This document shows, one piece after another, positions 12,701 to 25,282 of a stretch of 64,000 bases of DNA. Below the pieces are notes generated by a model, which was not told the origin of the DNA, searched no databases, and saw only the letters and a list, made by a program, of their open reading frames with translations. The DNA is taken from contig JBHGNT010000005.1 in assembly GCA_043228905.1 (NCBI GenBank), forward strand, positions 15,934,001 through 15,998,000. Direction: 5' to 3'. A program made the position numbers and the translations under genes. This stretch comes from Azolla caroliniana. Its lineage: Eukaryota > Plantae > Polypodiophyta. Position 1 is the stretch's first letter; every line of letters starts with the position of its first letter.

Positions 12701-14338
12701 ATCGGAGGATTCGCCTCCAAGACTATCTCAAATTCTTTCATGATTAGCTCGCACCGTTAGGAATTGAACAGATCTTTGATTGTCAAGACTCTTGATTCGC
12801 GCAAAAGATGCTCCATTATCGAACACCTTGGTCTCTATCCGGGATGATATGATATATGGTTGACCTAGGATGACAAGATGCGAAGCCGATTCTTGTACGA
12901 AGAAGTATTGATCCATCTCCACATCCCCAATCGTGACTTTAACATTTGGACAAGCTCCGTAGAAGTCTTCTATCGTCTTTGTTGCCGCTCGAATCTTCCA
13001 TCTGTGGTTTGTATTAATTGGCCATCTTCCTTTTTTGTAGAAGTCAGTTGACATGAGGTTGATCTCCGAGCCATGGTCGATCAAGGCTACCATGGTCTCT
13101 TTCTTCTCCCTGATATTCACTGGCGTCTCCGTTGTCGCTCGTGCCCAATGAGGTCGAGTATAGTGGTTGTCCACCATATCCTCATCGACTTCGTCTCTTG
13201 CCATCGTTATGGCATTCACTTTTGCTTTTAGTGGCTTCTCTTCTTCCTCGTCCAATTGTTGCCTCTTTCTCTTCACAAGGTCCACGATCGTGTCATGGAA
13301 CTCCTTCATAATGCCGAGTAATTCCCTCAAGGACAAAGTCATGTGGCTATCAAGTACGCGTTCCTCGAGAATCTTCTTCAGGTATGTCGTATGCTTTATG
13401 TCCGACCTTAGCTTATAGGTAGGCATAGTTCTTGTCTTCCGAGCGGGGTCATCGACACCAACCTTCACGGGCTGAACCGTTTCTTTGACTCGTTTGCTTG
13501 GCTCCCCTTTTCGGCTTGATTCTCATTCCTTCATTTGTAAAGCTCGACTCGTTTCCGCATCTTCCTTCTTTTTCGCGTTCCTTGTTTCATGTCTTTTTGA
13601 TGGGCCTTGCTCTTCTATTCTTTTTCTCTTTTCTTCGACAAACACCTCGTGGTTGTCACACATCACTTCCGCGAGTATGGTGTTGTCATCCACCAGATCC
13701 GACCATCCAGTTATACTTTGTACACTTCGTATTGAGAATCAAGCACAACCTAGTCTAGTGTGTGAACACACCCTTCAGAGTGCAAAAGTCACCACTCTTA
13801 TCTACACATTAACTATGTGTCATAGAATCATATTCTATGACACATAACTAATGCGTTTTCACATTCCCCATGACCCATGAGCTTTGGTAGTTAATGAAGA
13901 GAGAGAGTGACTATATAAAGCACTATCCTCCTACTTTGTAGGTAATGAAGAGAGAGAGTGACTATATAAAGCACTATCCTCCTACTTTGTAATAGGTTGA
14001 TTAATCTCCTTTGTAATATACATCTTCTTGAGTATTCTATTGTTGTTCATATTCATCTATCTTGTGTTTCTCTCTCACTCACACACTCTCTCTCATACAC
14101 ACACACACTCACTCACTCACACACACACACAACACATATCTCTAGTCTATTCCGCTGCACAAGAATCACCATCAATGCTTTACATGGTATCAGAGCGGTT
14201 TGGTAGCTCAATCTAGCCCATTCGCGTGTGTTGTGCTCCACGCCGACGTTCAAGAAGAACAGGCTCATCGCTATCGTAGTGCGACTACATATCTCGTATT
14301 CAAGAGAGAAGAAGAAGGAAGAAATCTACATCGAACAC

Positions 14339-15620
14339 TGTAAAGAATCAGTGGTGATTCTTGTGTAGCGGAATAGACTAGAGATATGTGTTGTGAGTGT
14401 GTGTGTATGAGAGAGAGAGAGAGAGAAATACAAGATAGATAGTTTTAAACAAGAATAGAATACTCAAGACAATGTATATTACAAAGGAGATTAACCGAAC
14501 TTGTTACAAAGTAGGAGGAGAGTGCTTTATATAGTCACTCTCTCTCTTCATTAACTACCGAAGCTCATGGGGAATGTGAAAGCTCATTAGTTATGTGTCA
14601 TAGAATATGATTCTCTGACACATAGTTAATGTGTGGATAAGAGTGGTGACTTTTGACCTTTGAGTGCACACTCTCAAGGGTGTGTTCACACACTAGACTA
14701 GGTTGAGCTTGATTCTCAACACGCCCCCTCAAGCTCAATTGGTTTTGGTCGAGAGGTGTTGCCACAAACTTGCACTCAGTCATCCCGAACTTGTATAACA
14801 AGTTAAGAATGTAGTGCCATTGGGAGATCATAATCTCGGCTGGAGTCCGAATTACCTCAATGCCAAGGAAGTAGTGGAGCTCTTTCATGTCCTTCATCTC
14901 GAATTTGTCGGAAAGGAGGGATTTGACCTTGTTGATGTCAATTAGATGCTCACCTCCAATGACTAGATCATCCACATACAGGATGATGACGATCAGACTT
15001 TCGGAATCGCTTCTTACATAGAGAGAATTGTCGGATTTTGAAATTCGAAAGCCGATTCGATGAAGATATTGTGTTATCTTTGAGTGCCAAGCACGTGGTG
15101 CTTGCTTAAGGCCGTAGAGAGGCTTCTTGAGTTGGCAAATGGATTTTGGATGAATGTTGGATTCGAATCCAGGTGGTTGTACCATGTACACCTCCTCTTC
15201 TAATTCTCCTTGAAGAAAATCGTTCTTGACATCCATCTAGTGGAGGTGCCACCCTTTCGCTGCTACAAGCGCTATCAAGGTTCACACGGTTGTCATCTTT
15301 GCCACCGGGGCAAAGGTCTCTTCATAGTCGACACCCTGTGTTTGTGTGTAGCCCTTTGCTTCGAGTCGAGCTTTGTAGCGGTTGACGGAACTGTCGGCAT
15401 TATACTTCACTTTGTATATCCATCTGCAGTTGATTGCCTTCTTGTGCGGTGAGTGAGGGACGAGATCCCATGTCTCATTCTTGTTGAGAGATTGCATCTC
15501 CTCGTTCATCGCTTCGACCCATTGAGGATCTTTAGCGGTTTCAACAAAGCTTTCTGGTTCTCGAATTGCTGCCACCTTCATCATAAAGGCATAGTGGTAT
15601 GCCATATAGTCGTTGTAGCC
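14339..15620 (-). mobile_element. Inverted copia B fragment: 3' LTR 14339-14721, PPT, truncated RT
   Basis: Full LTR in reverse orientation, CGCCCCCTCAAGCT PPT, RT motifs [11 protein letters not shown] and LYVDDL; RNase H deleted. Confidence 0.9.
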
Positions 15621-15853
15621 ACCGATTCATACACACACACTCACAACACATATCTCTAGTCTATACCGCTGCACGAGAATCACCGCCGATTCTTTACATG
15701 GTATCAGAGCGGTTTGGTAGCTCCATCTAGCCCATCCGCGCGTGTTGAGCTCCACGCCGACGTTCAAGAAGAACCGGCTCATCGCTATCGTAGTGCGACT
15801 ACATAGCTCGTATTCAAGAGAGAAGAAGAATGAAGAAATCTACATCGAACACC

Positions 15854-18800
15854 ATGAATACTCAAATGGGGAGCGCTCTCCCTAGCGAGAAGTTGGACCG
15901 AAACAACTTCACATATTGGGAGTACAAGATGCACCAATACCTTGTCGGCCAAGGCTATTGGGGTTACCTCAAGGGAGCACAAGAAAACTGACCCGACCCG
16001 GAAGACGCCGACTACTCAACATGGGAGGAATCGGCAAGTCGAGTAATGTATTGCTTGGCGACATGTGTTCATGACCACATGATCGGTTACATTCGAGAAG
16101 TCAAGATGCTGAAGGAAGTGTGGGAAAATCTACGAAAGATTTTCGCCGCCAACACGATCGTAAGGAAGCTTCAACTCTGCCAAGAGTTGAACAACATCCA
16201 ACAACGGGACATGTCCATCACAAGCTACACCTTGAGGATCAAGGAGCTTTGTGACTTGCTCAGCTCAATAAGCATCAATGTGGATGATGATGAGATGGTG
16301 CAAATATGCCTCGGCGGCCTTGCACCACGGTTCGGCTCGATGAGAACCGTCATCCTAGCAAGGGAGAATGCTCCCTCTTTCTTTGATCTTCAATCTATGT
16401 TATTGGTGGAAGAGAATCATGTTCGAACAAGGAGCAACGCCTCAGAAGGCCACATGCTCTACATGCATTCGAATGGAGGAAGAGGACGCGGCCGAGCAAG
16501 AGGCCGATTCGGCCAAGGACGAGGTGACGGACGAGGTCCGACTTACGACAACAACTCCCAAATTCGGCAACAAGACGGAAGCCATCGAGGAACCTTCAAA
16601 AGAAGGGGGAGCTTCCATTCCGGTTTGAGTCGACAAAACTCGATCGAATGCGGTTATTGCGGAAAAATCGGCCACCATGAAGAAGAGTGCCGAAAGAAGA
16701 AGCGCAAGTCGGCTTCCACAAGCCGACAACTCACCAATTACGCCACCAACTCCGACTATGAAGATCATGGCGGAATGTTTGTAATGAGACATAGAGAAAA
16801 TCCTATGTTGGCCTCTACTTCAACTAATGCCTCCAATCTGGAAGATGTATGGTTCGTCGATTCCGGTGCTTCGAATCATATGACGTCCCATCAAGAATGG
16901 TTCAAAGACATTCAAGAGCCGGATTGACCCGGTTATGTCGAGACCAGAGACGACACCACTCATCCGATTTGGCATGTCGGCAATGTCCCATTCCGGAAAG
17001 AAGGTGAACAAACTTGCATAAAAAATATCTTACATGTACCCACCATAACGAAGAATTTGGTCTCGGTCAGCCAAATTTGTGGACCAAGGGATGCAAGTTC
17101 GATTCAACCAAGGTGGTTGCTTCATCGAGAAGGAAGGCCGACTCATCACTCGAAGTCGAAGGGCAGGTAGAATGTTTATCCTTGAGTCAAATGAGGTGAA
17201 ATCGGCCATGTACGCAAAGGGCCTCAAATCCGACACCGACATAGAGCTATGGCATAAAAGAATTGGCCATATCAATCTCAACAAACTCAAGGAGATGCAA
17301 TGGAAAGGAGTCGTCATCGGGGTCCCGACCTTCAAAGAGAAAGAGATTGAAGGAGTATTTGAAGCATGCCAATTCTGCAAGCAACATCGGCACCCGTTCC
17401 CGAAGGAGAGGAACGTGAGTAAAGGCCTGTTGGACATAGTAGTCTACTCGGATGTGTGGGGACCGGCACAGACGGCTACGTTCGGAGGATGTCAGTACTA
17501 TGTTACCTTCATCGATGACTTCTCTAGATACACATGGATCTTTCCCATGAGGATGAAGAGCAAAGTGTTTACACACTTCCAAAAATTCAAAAGCGAAGTC
17601 GAAAAGACAACTGGGCGTCATGTATGATGTCTTCGGTCAGACGGAGGAAAGGAATACTTCTCTGATTCATTCACGGCATACCTTCGACAAGAAGGAATTC
17701 AGCGAGAATTCACTTGCCGACACACACCGCAATAAAACGGTGTAGCCGAATGCAAGAATCGGCACATCCTTGAAGTAGCAAGGGCCATGCTAAATGAGAA
17801 GCATATGCCCAAGTCATATTGGGCAGAAGCTGCAAATACCACCGTCTACCTTATGAACTGGTGCATAACATCCACAGTGCATGAGGTCACCCTGCACGAG
17901 AAATTGTATGGGAAGAAGCCGGATCTATCCCATGTAAGGATATTCGGATCCATTGCATACATGCACATTCCCGATGAGAAGCGGAAGAAGCTTGACCCAA
18001 AATCAGAGAAGTACATCCTCGTGGGGTACTCACTGAAGCAAAAGGGGTACAAGTGCTTCAACCCCTCTACTCGGAAGACTTGTTTAAGTCGGGATGTCGT
18101 CTTTGACGAATTGACATCATGGTACAAACCCGAGTCGACTCCTCCCGAACCATCTATGAACGACCTCCACAACACAGAAGACGATGATTAACTAAGGTCA
18201 ATACTCGAAGACAGTTTGATCCCAACCAGATTGAGCGCACCACTAGAGCCTCCGAGCAACCAAAGCACATCTCGGCCAAGTCCAAAGATGGATAAAGGGA
18301 AGGCCAAAATGCCGAAATATGAAGACGATCACATCAACGACAACGAATCGACTCATCCACTCGATAGTGAGTTCAATGGCTTTGATGTGTCTCTTATGAG
18401 GTCACCCGAAGTTGAGAAAGCACTCACATCGGAAAATGAGAAACTCTGTCACTCCACCCGAGAGAAGAATCCGGTTAGCCGATTCGGCTACAACGACTAT
18501 ATGGCATACCACTATGCCTTTATGATGAAGGTGGCAGCAGTTCAAGAACCGGAGAGCTTTGCCGAAGCCGCTAAAGATCCGCGATGGGTTGAAGCGATGA
18601 ACGAGGAGATGCAAGCTCTCGACAAGAATGAGATATGGGATCTCGTTCCTCACTCACCGCACAAAGTTCGACTGCAGATGGATATACAAAGTGAAGTATA
18701 ATGCCGACGGTTCCGTCAACCGCTACAAAGCTCGACTTGTAGCAAAGGGTTGTGCACAAACACTGGGCGTCGACTATGAAGTGACCTTTGGCCCGGTGGC

Positions 18801-20148
18801 AAAGATGACAATAGTGTGAACCGTGATAGCGCTTGCAACAGTGAAAGGATGACACCTCCACCAGATGGATGTCAAGAATGCCTTTCTTCAAGGCGAATTA
18901 GAAGAGGTGTACATGGTACAACCACCCGTCTTCGAAACCAGCATTCATCCGAAAGACTTCTGCCGACTCAAGAAGCCTCTCTATGGCCTTTAGCATGCAC
19001 CACGTTCTTGGCACTCGAAGATAACACAATATCTTCATCGAATCGGTTTCCGAATGTCAAAATCCGACAATTCTCTATATGTAAGAAGCGATTCTGAAAG
19101 TCAGATCATCATCATCCTATACGTGGATGATCTAGTCATTGGAGGTGAGCATCTAGTTGACATCAACAAGGTCAAATCTCTCCTTTCCAACAAATTCGAG
19201 ATGACGGATATGAAAGAGCTCCACTACTTCATTGGCATTGAGGTAATTCGGACTCCAGCCGGGATTATGATCTCCCAACGACACTACATTGTCAACTTGT
19301 TGTACAAGTTGGAGATTACTGAGTGCAAGTCTGTGGCAACACCTCTCGACTGAAACCTCAAACTAGATGTCAATTCTGGCACCACAGAGTGTGAACCGAC
19401 TTAGTACCGACAACTGATCGGTAGCCTTATCTACCTCACGATCACTCGACCAGACTTGAGCTATCCGGTCAGCCTTCTTAGCCAGTTCATGCAAACGCCA
19501 CGAGATATCCATTTGGATTGTGCTAAGAGAGTGCTACGATACGTGAGCGGAACGATGGAATATGACATTCTCTATAAGTTGGCCACGCCAATTTAACTCG
19601 AGCGGTACACAGATGCTAACTGGGCAGGCTACAAAGCCGACTGACGATCAATCTCTGGTTTCTTCTTCTCCCTTGGAAGTGGAGCCATCTCTTGGAGTAG
19701 CAAGAAGCGACCAACCGTCGCTCGTTCGAGCACAGAGGCCGAATATAGGGGTGCAGTGGTGGCTGTATGTGAAGCCGTATGGCTTAAGAGGATATTGAAG
19801 GATTTGGGCGTTCCCATCAAAGATCCAATTTCCCTTTACTGCGACAACATGAGCAATATTTATTTGGCTCGAAACCCGGTGTTCCATGCATGCACGAAGC
19901 ATATCGAAGTGCACTATCACTTTATTCGAGAGCATGTTCAGGTTGGCGATGTCAACCTTCAACATAACACTACGAATCTCCAGACAGTCGACATCTTCAC
20001 CAAAGCCCTAGGAGCCGACAAACTTCGGCCATTCCTATCAGACATTGGATTGACGGTTCCTGTCTTGCCAAGCTTGAGGGGGAGTACAAGCGAAAACCAG
20101 ATACCGTCCAAACCGGATACGAGCCGAAGCGGACATCAACCGAAGTAG
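15854..20148 (+). pseudogene. copia B gag-pol (complete domain order, many stops and frameshifts)
   Basis: MNTQMGSALPSEKLDRNNF start, CGYCGKIGHHEEEC knuckle, WFVDSGASNHM, LWHKRIGH, FIDDFSRY, RT, RNase H ending SLRG. Confidence 0.93.
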
Positions 20149-21759
20149 CCGACCGAAGTAGAGCTTGAGGGGGCGTGTTGAGAATCAAGCTCAACCTAGT
20201 CTAGTGTGTGAACACACCCTTGAGAGTGTGAACTCAAAGATCAAAAGTCACCACTCTTATCTACACATTAACTATGTGTCATAGAATCATATTCTATGAC
20301 ACATTACTAATGTGTTTTCACATTCCCCATGACTCATGACCTTCGGTAGTTAATGAAGAGAGAGAGTGACTATATAAAGCACTCTCCTCCTACTTTGAAA
20401 TAAGTCGATTAATCTCCTTTGTAATATACATCTTCTTGAGTATTCTATTGTTGTTCAAATTCATCTATCTTGTGTTTCTCTCTTACTCACTCTCTCTCTC
20501 TCATACACACACACACACACAACACATATCTCTAGTCTATTCCACTGCACAAGAATCACCATCGATTCTTTACACTTCGATCCGCAAGCTCCACCTCGTT
20601 GGAAGTGACTTTTCCCTTCTTCTCATACTCGAGAGCGGTAGACCAAAACTTTGTTCCCACTTTCACTGCTTCAGTTTTGTCTTTCCCAACTCTTATTCCG
20701 GCCAACGCAGCATAGTGCATCGCATCCACATGAGTTGCCTCGGCATCCTCCATAGCTTTCTTCATCCCCCCTCTTTTGAAATTCACTCGCAGGGGTCTTC
20801 TAGTCTCACTCGAACAGATCATGTTGCCATCCATGTATACGATATTTTGTCGAATGGCATCTCGAAGGCTCGCGCAATCCCTTCTTATGTGGTCCATGCT
20901 ATCGCACCACATGCATCTAAAGGGTTCTTTTCCTTTGGGGCCCCGACGATTCATGTTGACTAGCATGACCATCTCGAACTTCTTCGCTAGTTCTTCGATG
21001 ATGTTTTCATCAATCTTCTTTTCTTCTGGGCTACTTTGTTTAGGTGGCTTAACTACTTTCGGTTGTCTTGTTTTCTCCGTGACAGTTGATCTCACCAAGT
21101 CAGTTTCATCAACCCACTAATGATGCTTGTCGAGCCTATTGCACGCAAGCCCATTTTCTTGGGTATCATCTTCAAGAAGAGTCCCCAATTCTCGTCTATC
21201 CTTCATGTCCACAACTTTCAAGAAGTACAAAGTCTTGTCCTCCTCAAGTAGCACTTGGTCCGTGGCGGGGAGATGAAGAAACATTTGGTTGAACTCGTTG
21301 TACACCCTAGAAGCACTCATCCTCTTATTCTTCTTTTCTATCCACTTCATCAAGGCATGTCGAGTCATCCTCGACAAATATTCCGTTGCGAACTCCGCTA
21401 ATATCGCTTTCTCGAACTCCGACCATGTTGTCTTCCCTTCTTGAAGCTCGATGACGCGCCTTTGGATGTTGTTGGCGACCACTCTCTTGAAACTTGTGAT
21501 ATGACGTGCTTCAGACACATCCCTCTAACTCATCTCCCTTTTGTATGCATCAAGGAACTTCGTAATGTTCCTTCCATCAAATTGACCCTCAAGCTCTAGG
21601 ATATGGTTGACGGTCTTCTCCACGCTCGCATCGTTGTCTCGAGATCTTATCATTTGTTCGATAATTAGCATCATCCTTTCGAACTCTCCCGCTTGATTGC
21701 TTGAGGATGACATCTCCAAGTATCAGTCAATCCTTGACTTGATCCTTCTTACCGCCTCT

Positions 21760-21777
21760 TTCATGTCGGGTTCACCA
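21760..21777 (-). promoter_or_regulatory. PBS complementary to the tRNA-Trp 3' end (element C)
   Basis: TGGTGAACCCGACATGAA, 17/18 match to plant tRNA-Trp ...TTCACGTCGGGTTCA(CCA) as recalled. Confidence 0.8.
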
Positions 21778-22187
21778 CTTAATTATGTTGTGAAGATCCG
21801 TGACTACGTGCGGATCGTGAGGCGGAACCGCCGGGGTCTTGGATTAGAAGGATTCGAAGTTTGCACTAACTTTAGCGAGAAAGTATTTAAGATAGATTGA
21901 AAGAGAGAGATATTGAGATAAGATAGAACGCTTGACTTTAGATTGAGAGACAAGATTAATACATCACAAAAATGGGATAAAGAATTATCTTCCACTTAAT
22001 TTCTTGATTAATACATAGCTGGTTTTTCCTGTCCATGCACTCTTTTATAGATGCCCCAATGCACATGATGCCTGTGAGGGTGCAAGACATGCATGAGAAG
22101 CATGGTTAAACATGATAACCATGTCACTCATTCAATCTCTCATGTATGAGAATTTATATATAAAATGATCAAAGTAAACTTTTTGAA

Positions 22188-22266
22188 GATATGACTTGGC
22201 TTAGTGGTAAGCCTATTGTCTTTCAACTTAAAGGTGCAAGGTTCAAGCCTTGCCCACATCCCTTTT
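22188..22266 (+). promoter_or_regulatory. tRNA-like Pol III cassette inside LTR C (antisense to the element)
   Basis: A box TGGCTTAGTGG 22197, B box GGTTCAAGCC 22240, D-stem GGCTT/AAGCC, T-stem GCAAG/CTTGC, TTTT at 22263-22266. Confidence 0.7.
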
Positions 22267-22789
22267 AAAACACAAAATACTACTAGGCTTTTGGTCTTGT
22301 ATTTACACTGAAAATCTTCAAAACACCATGCACCGCGATCAACCAACCGATCTGCCTGTCTAGTGCCATCTGTCCCGACTGGTTCAATCCAATCCCGGTT
22401 CGATCCTGTGTGTCGCCATCCGGTCCCGGTGTCGGTCGTCGTCGCACTGTCTCCGTCCGGTTCTGGTCGGCCAAAATATTTACAAGTAGTTAGGCCACAC
22501 CCATTCATCCAGTTAGTTTAGCTCAAGTCACCTTGAACATTCTATGATCCACTCATAGACACAAAGTTATAGATTTTGGCCCTGCTTATATACTCCAGGA
22601 TCCTTATTTATCTTGTCTATGTGAGATATCTTGTAGTTTTGTTTTTTCTCTTCTTCTTCGCAAATTTCATAACCACATAACTTGCCACTTAGTTGTCAGT
22701 TTCTTATGTGGTAAAGTGTATTTGAAATCTCTTGAAGACCTCCATCGTTTTGTACCAAGATATTAAACTAGTATCTTCACTATTATTGT

Positions 22790-23537
22790 TTTATTTTGTG
22801 TGTGAAGAACCACACTCGATTTTGTACATTCCATCCAATTTTCACACCGTTGGTGAAAATCTTTACGGCAGCGTTGATGAGGTCGATAGGACTAAATCAT
22901 ATGGTTGTAAAACCGTGAAAGGCACGCGCAACACCCATTGTGTATTAGGGTTTAGCCGGAAGGACACAACACAATTGTTACTCTGTACTTTATCATGCTT
23001 TTGTTCCATGTGTATAGATGAAGCTTGGGATGAATGCATCAACCTATCAATCATGGAGCCCTGGAAGCTACAGAAGCTTGAGCCTGAACAAAAGATGATA
23101 TTGAAGAGGATGCACATTCAAACAATATTGTATACTACAACCAACGTGAAGACTTGGCAGTTTTATTGGAAGATGGAGATAATTTTGCAATGCTGAAATC
23201 TCCTCAGAATGAAGATTTAGAAGACTACTACATTGTGGTGTGCAAGCAAGGGAAGACATTATTGAAAGAAGTGGTGAGGGATGGCTGGGGCAACATGTTC
23301 AACGTTAGTGAGTCTGTAGTGAATGGAACCTATTATGCAAAGTTGCCGCAGTGCAAGAACACATATGCATTACTAAAAGATGCACCCACCGTAATAATCT
23401 ACATTCCTGCCATTATTACGATTGAGTTCAATATGACTCAAGAAAAGCACAAGGTTAAGGGATACAACACTGTCTGCAAGGTCCCCCAAGAGGTTCATGA
23501 GCACATATTGGGGGAGATCTCTCTGTTTAATGCTTGA
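22790..23537 (+). pseudogene. Sola2-like transposase C-terminal part
   Basis: KTVKGTRNTHCV...LSCFCSMC...C motif, then the frameshifted continuation 23154-23537. Confidence 0.65.
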
Positions 23538-23704
23538 AAGTTGGGCCCTATTAATACATTGTAGTTGGCAGCTGAAAAACATCCTCTTGTAGTTCATTTG
23601 ACATTCATATTACTGGGCTGTAGCAGTTTATATAAGACTACTATGTATTAGTGAACATTTGACATTCATATTAGTGGGCTCTTAGTTTATATATATCATA
23701 TTAG

Positions 23705-24175
23705 GCTGTAGCAATACTCATGGTGAACTCCTCCTAGCTGGTGATAGTCACCTCATTCTTAAGACCATCGTGCTCCCCTTCCTGGGTGGTCTTTATTGCC
23801 CTATCCTCATGGGTGATGCTAGTATGCTCGTTCTTAGTACAATCAGGCTCCTGTATGTAGGTTGTGGTAGTACTCATGGTCAACTCCTCCTGGATGGTGG
23901 TTGTCACCTCATTCTTAAAACCACCATGCTCCCCTTCTTGGGTGGTCTTTATCACCCTGTCCTCATGAGTGATGCTAGTATGCTCGTTCTCATTACAATT
24001 AGGCTCCTGTTTGTGGGTTGTAGCAGTACTCATGGTCAACTCCTCCTGTATAGTGGCTGTCATCTCATTCTTAGGACCATCGTGCTCCACTTCTTGGGTG
24101 GTCTTTATTGCCCGGTCCTCATGGGTGATTTTACTTTGCTCGTTCTTAGTACAATCAGGCTTCTCTTCAGTACTA
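23705..24175 (-). repeat. 156-bp (52-aa) in-frame tandem repeat, 3 copies
   Basis: PDCTKNE..ITHEDRAIKTTQE.EHDG.KNE.T.TIQEELTMST repeated three times in ORF 23734-24213. Confidence 0.9.
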
Positions 24176-25194
24176 GTGTGGAAGATGTGCTTCCAGAGTC
24201 CGCCTCTATGCAAATGATAGTCCCAAAATCTGACTCTTCACTTGTGCTCCATATAGTTCCCGATTCGTTTGATTGCAGTTGGGAATTTGACTACTCTTGT
24301 AAACCTAAATAATGGCATCCCAGAGAATATCAGTATCAACTCACATACTCAAAAGTTTGCAAACATACTAGTAACTATAAACATAGGAGGTTAATAACCA
24401 CATTTTTACCTATTGTTACATTGTCATACTATACAATCATAGACAACTCATTGCAAGTGGTAGGGTCAGTCACCTTCTCCACAACATCTAAGCGTTCATC
24501 AGATTTAGGGATGGTGCCAATCGCAGGTTGGGGGTCATTGTCAATAGAACCACTCATAATAGTATCTATATAATGCACCAAAAGCACCACTATAATAGGG
24601 TTGTTATGATCTAAATAATTGTTTTCTTAGAGGCCTTATTGACGTTGTCGTGCCTTTCAGCTCCGGATCGTTGTGTGAGTCGGGTGGGAACCACTGAGGT
24701 TTTGGACTAGGAGAAAGAAGAATACAATATAAGGCTAGTTATGAATAGGTAGAAAGAGAAGTAAGAAATAAAAACTTATGAATCCCACGTGTTTAGTTTA
24801 TTTAATCAATGTTTAGATTGTCAGAAAGAGAATTTTTATGATAAACTCGTGAATCCCACGAATATATTAGATTGATCAGTCCTTGTAAAAAAATCAACAA
24901 CATCATACATTTTTCTCTCCTCCTTATATAAGGATGGAAGAGGCTAAGCATAGCTTCATGCTTTTTCTAAAGTGTTCATGCACACTAAATGTGCATGAGT
25001 TGCTTTTTACACTGCTTTTATTTCCTAAATATAGTGCTCATGCTCGCTAGATGTACACAAGTAATTTTTTATTGGTGTACATTTTTCTTATAAATAAAGT
25101 ATTCACGCATTCTAAAAATGCATGACTTACCTTTTAATAAGCGTAGGCGTAAATAAAGGTCTTATATGTATTAAATCTATATTTAGAACACTTA

Positions 25195-25282
25195 CGATAA
25201 GTTAGTACAATGGTAAGGTTGGGGTTTTTCTACGTTGAGGTATAGGGTTTGAATCCTGCCCTATGCATGTAACAATCTTTTC
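25195..25282 (+). promoter_or_regulatory. tRNA-like A/B-box cassette in D 3' LTR (second copy at 34975-35065)
   Basis: TAGTACAATGG 25203 and GGTTTGAATCC 25246; copy at 34982 and 35025. Confidence 0.6.

Larger units (their letters stand above)
13730..20574 (+). mobile_element. Ty1/copia family B composite insertion with perfect 5-bp TSD CTTCG; LTRs 13730-14184 and 20176-20574
   Basis: CTTCG at 13725-13729 and 20575-20579; PBS TGGTATCAGAGC at 14185 and again at 15699; PPT AGCTTGAGGGGGCG before 20176. Confidence 0.93.
9703..22484 (-). mobile_element. Ty3/gypsy element C (non-chromovirus, tRNA-Trp PBS; decayed gag-PR-RT-RH-INT); 3' end deleted
   Basis: gag FDGRNITKFL and CMWCDSMDHIRRDC; protease LIDHGSEIN; RT LPQGATNS and FLDD; RH VDTSPTGIG; integrase GHRGTWAT; 5' LTR 21786-22484; PBS 21760-21777. 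Confidence 0.92.

Noticed and set aside
20436-20963. 175-aa plus-strand ORF
   Set aside because: Spans a copia LTR and the antisense of gypsy C gag; junction artefact
22188-22266. Functional tRNA gene
   Set aside because: Acceptor stem is imperfect and there is no canonical 7-nt anticodon loop; it lies within an LTR, so it is kept only as a tRNA-like module
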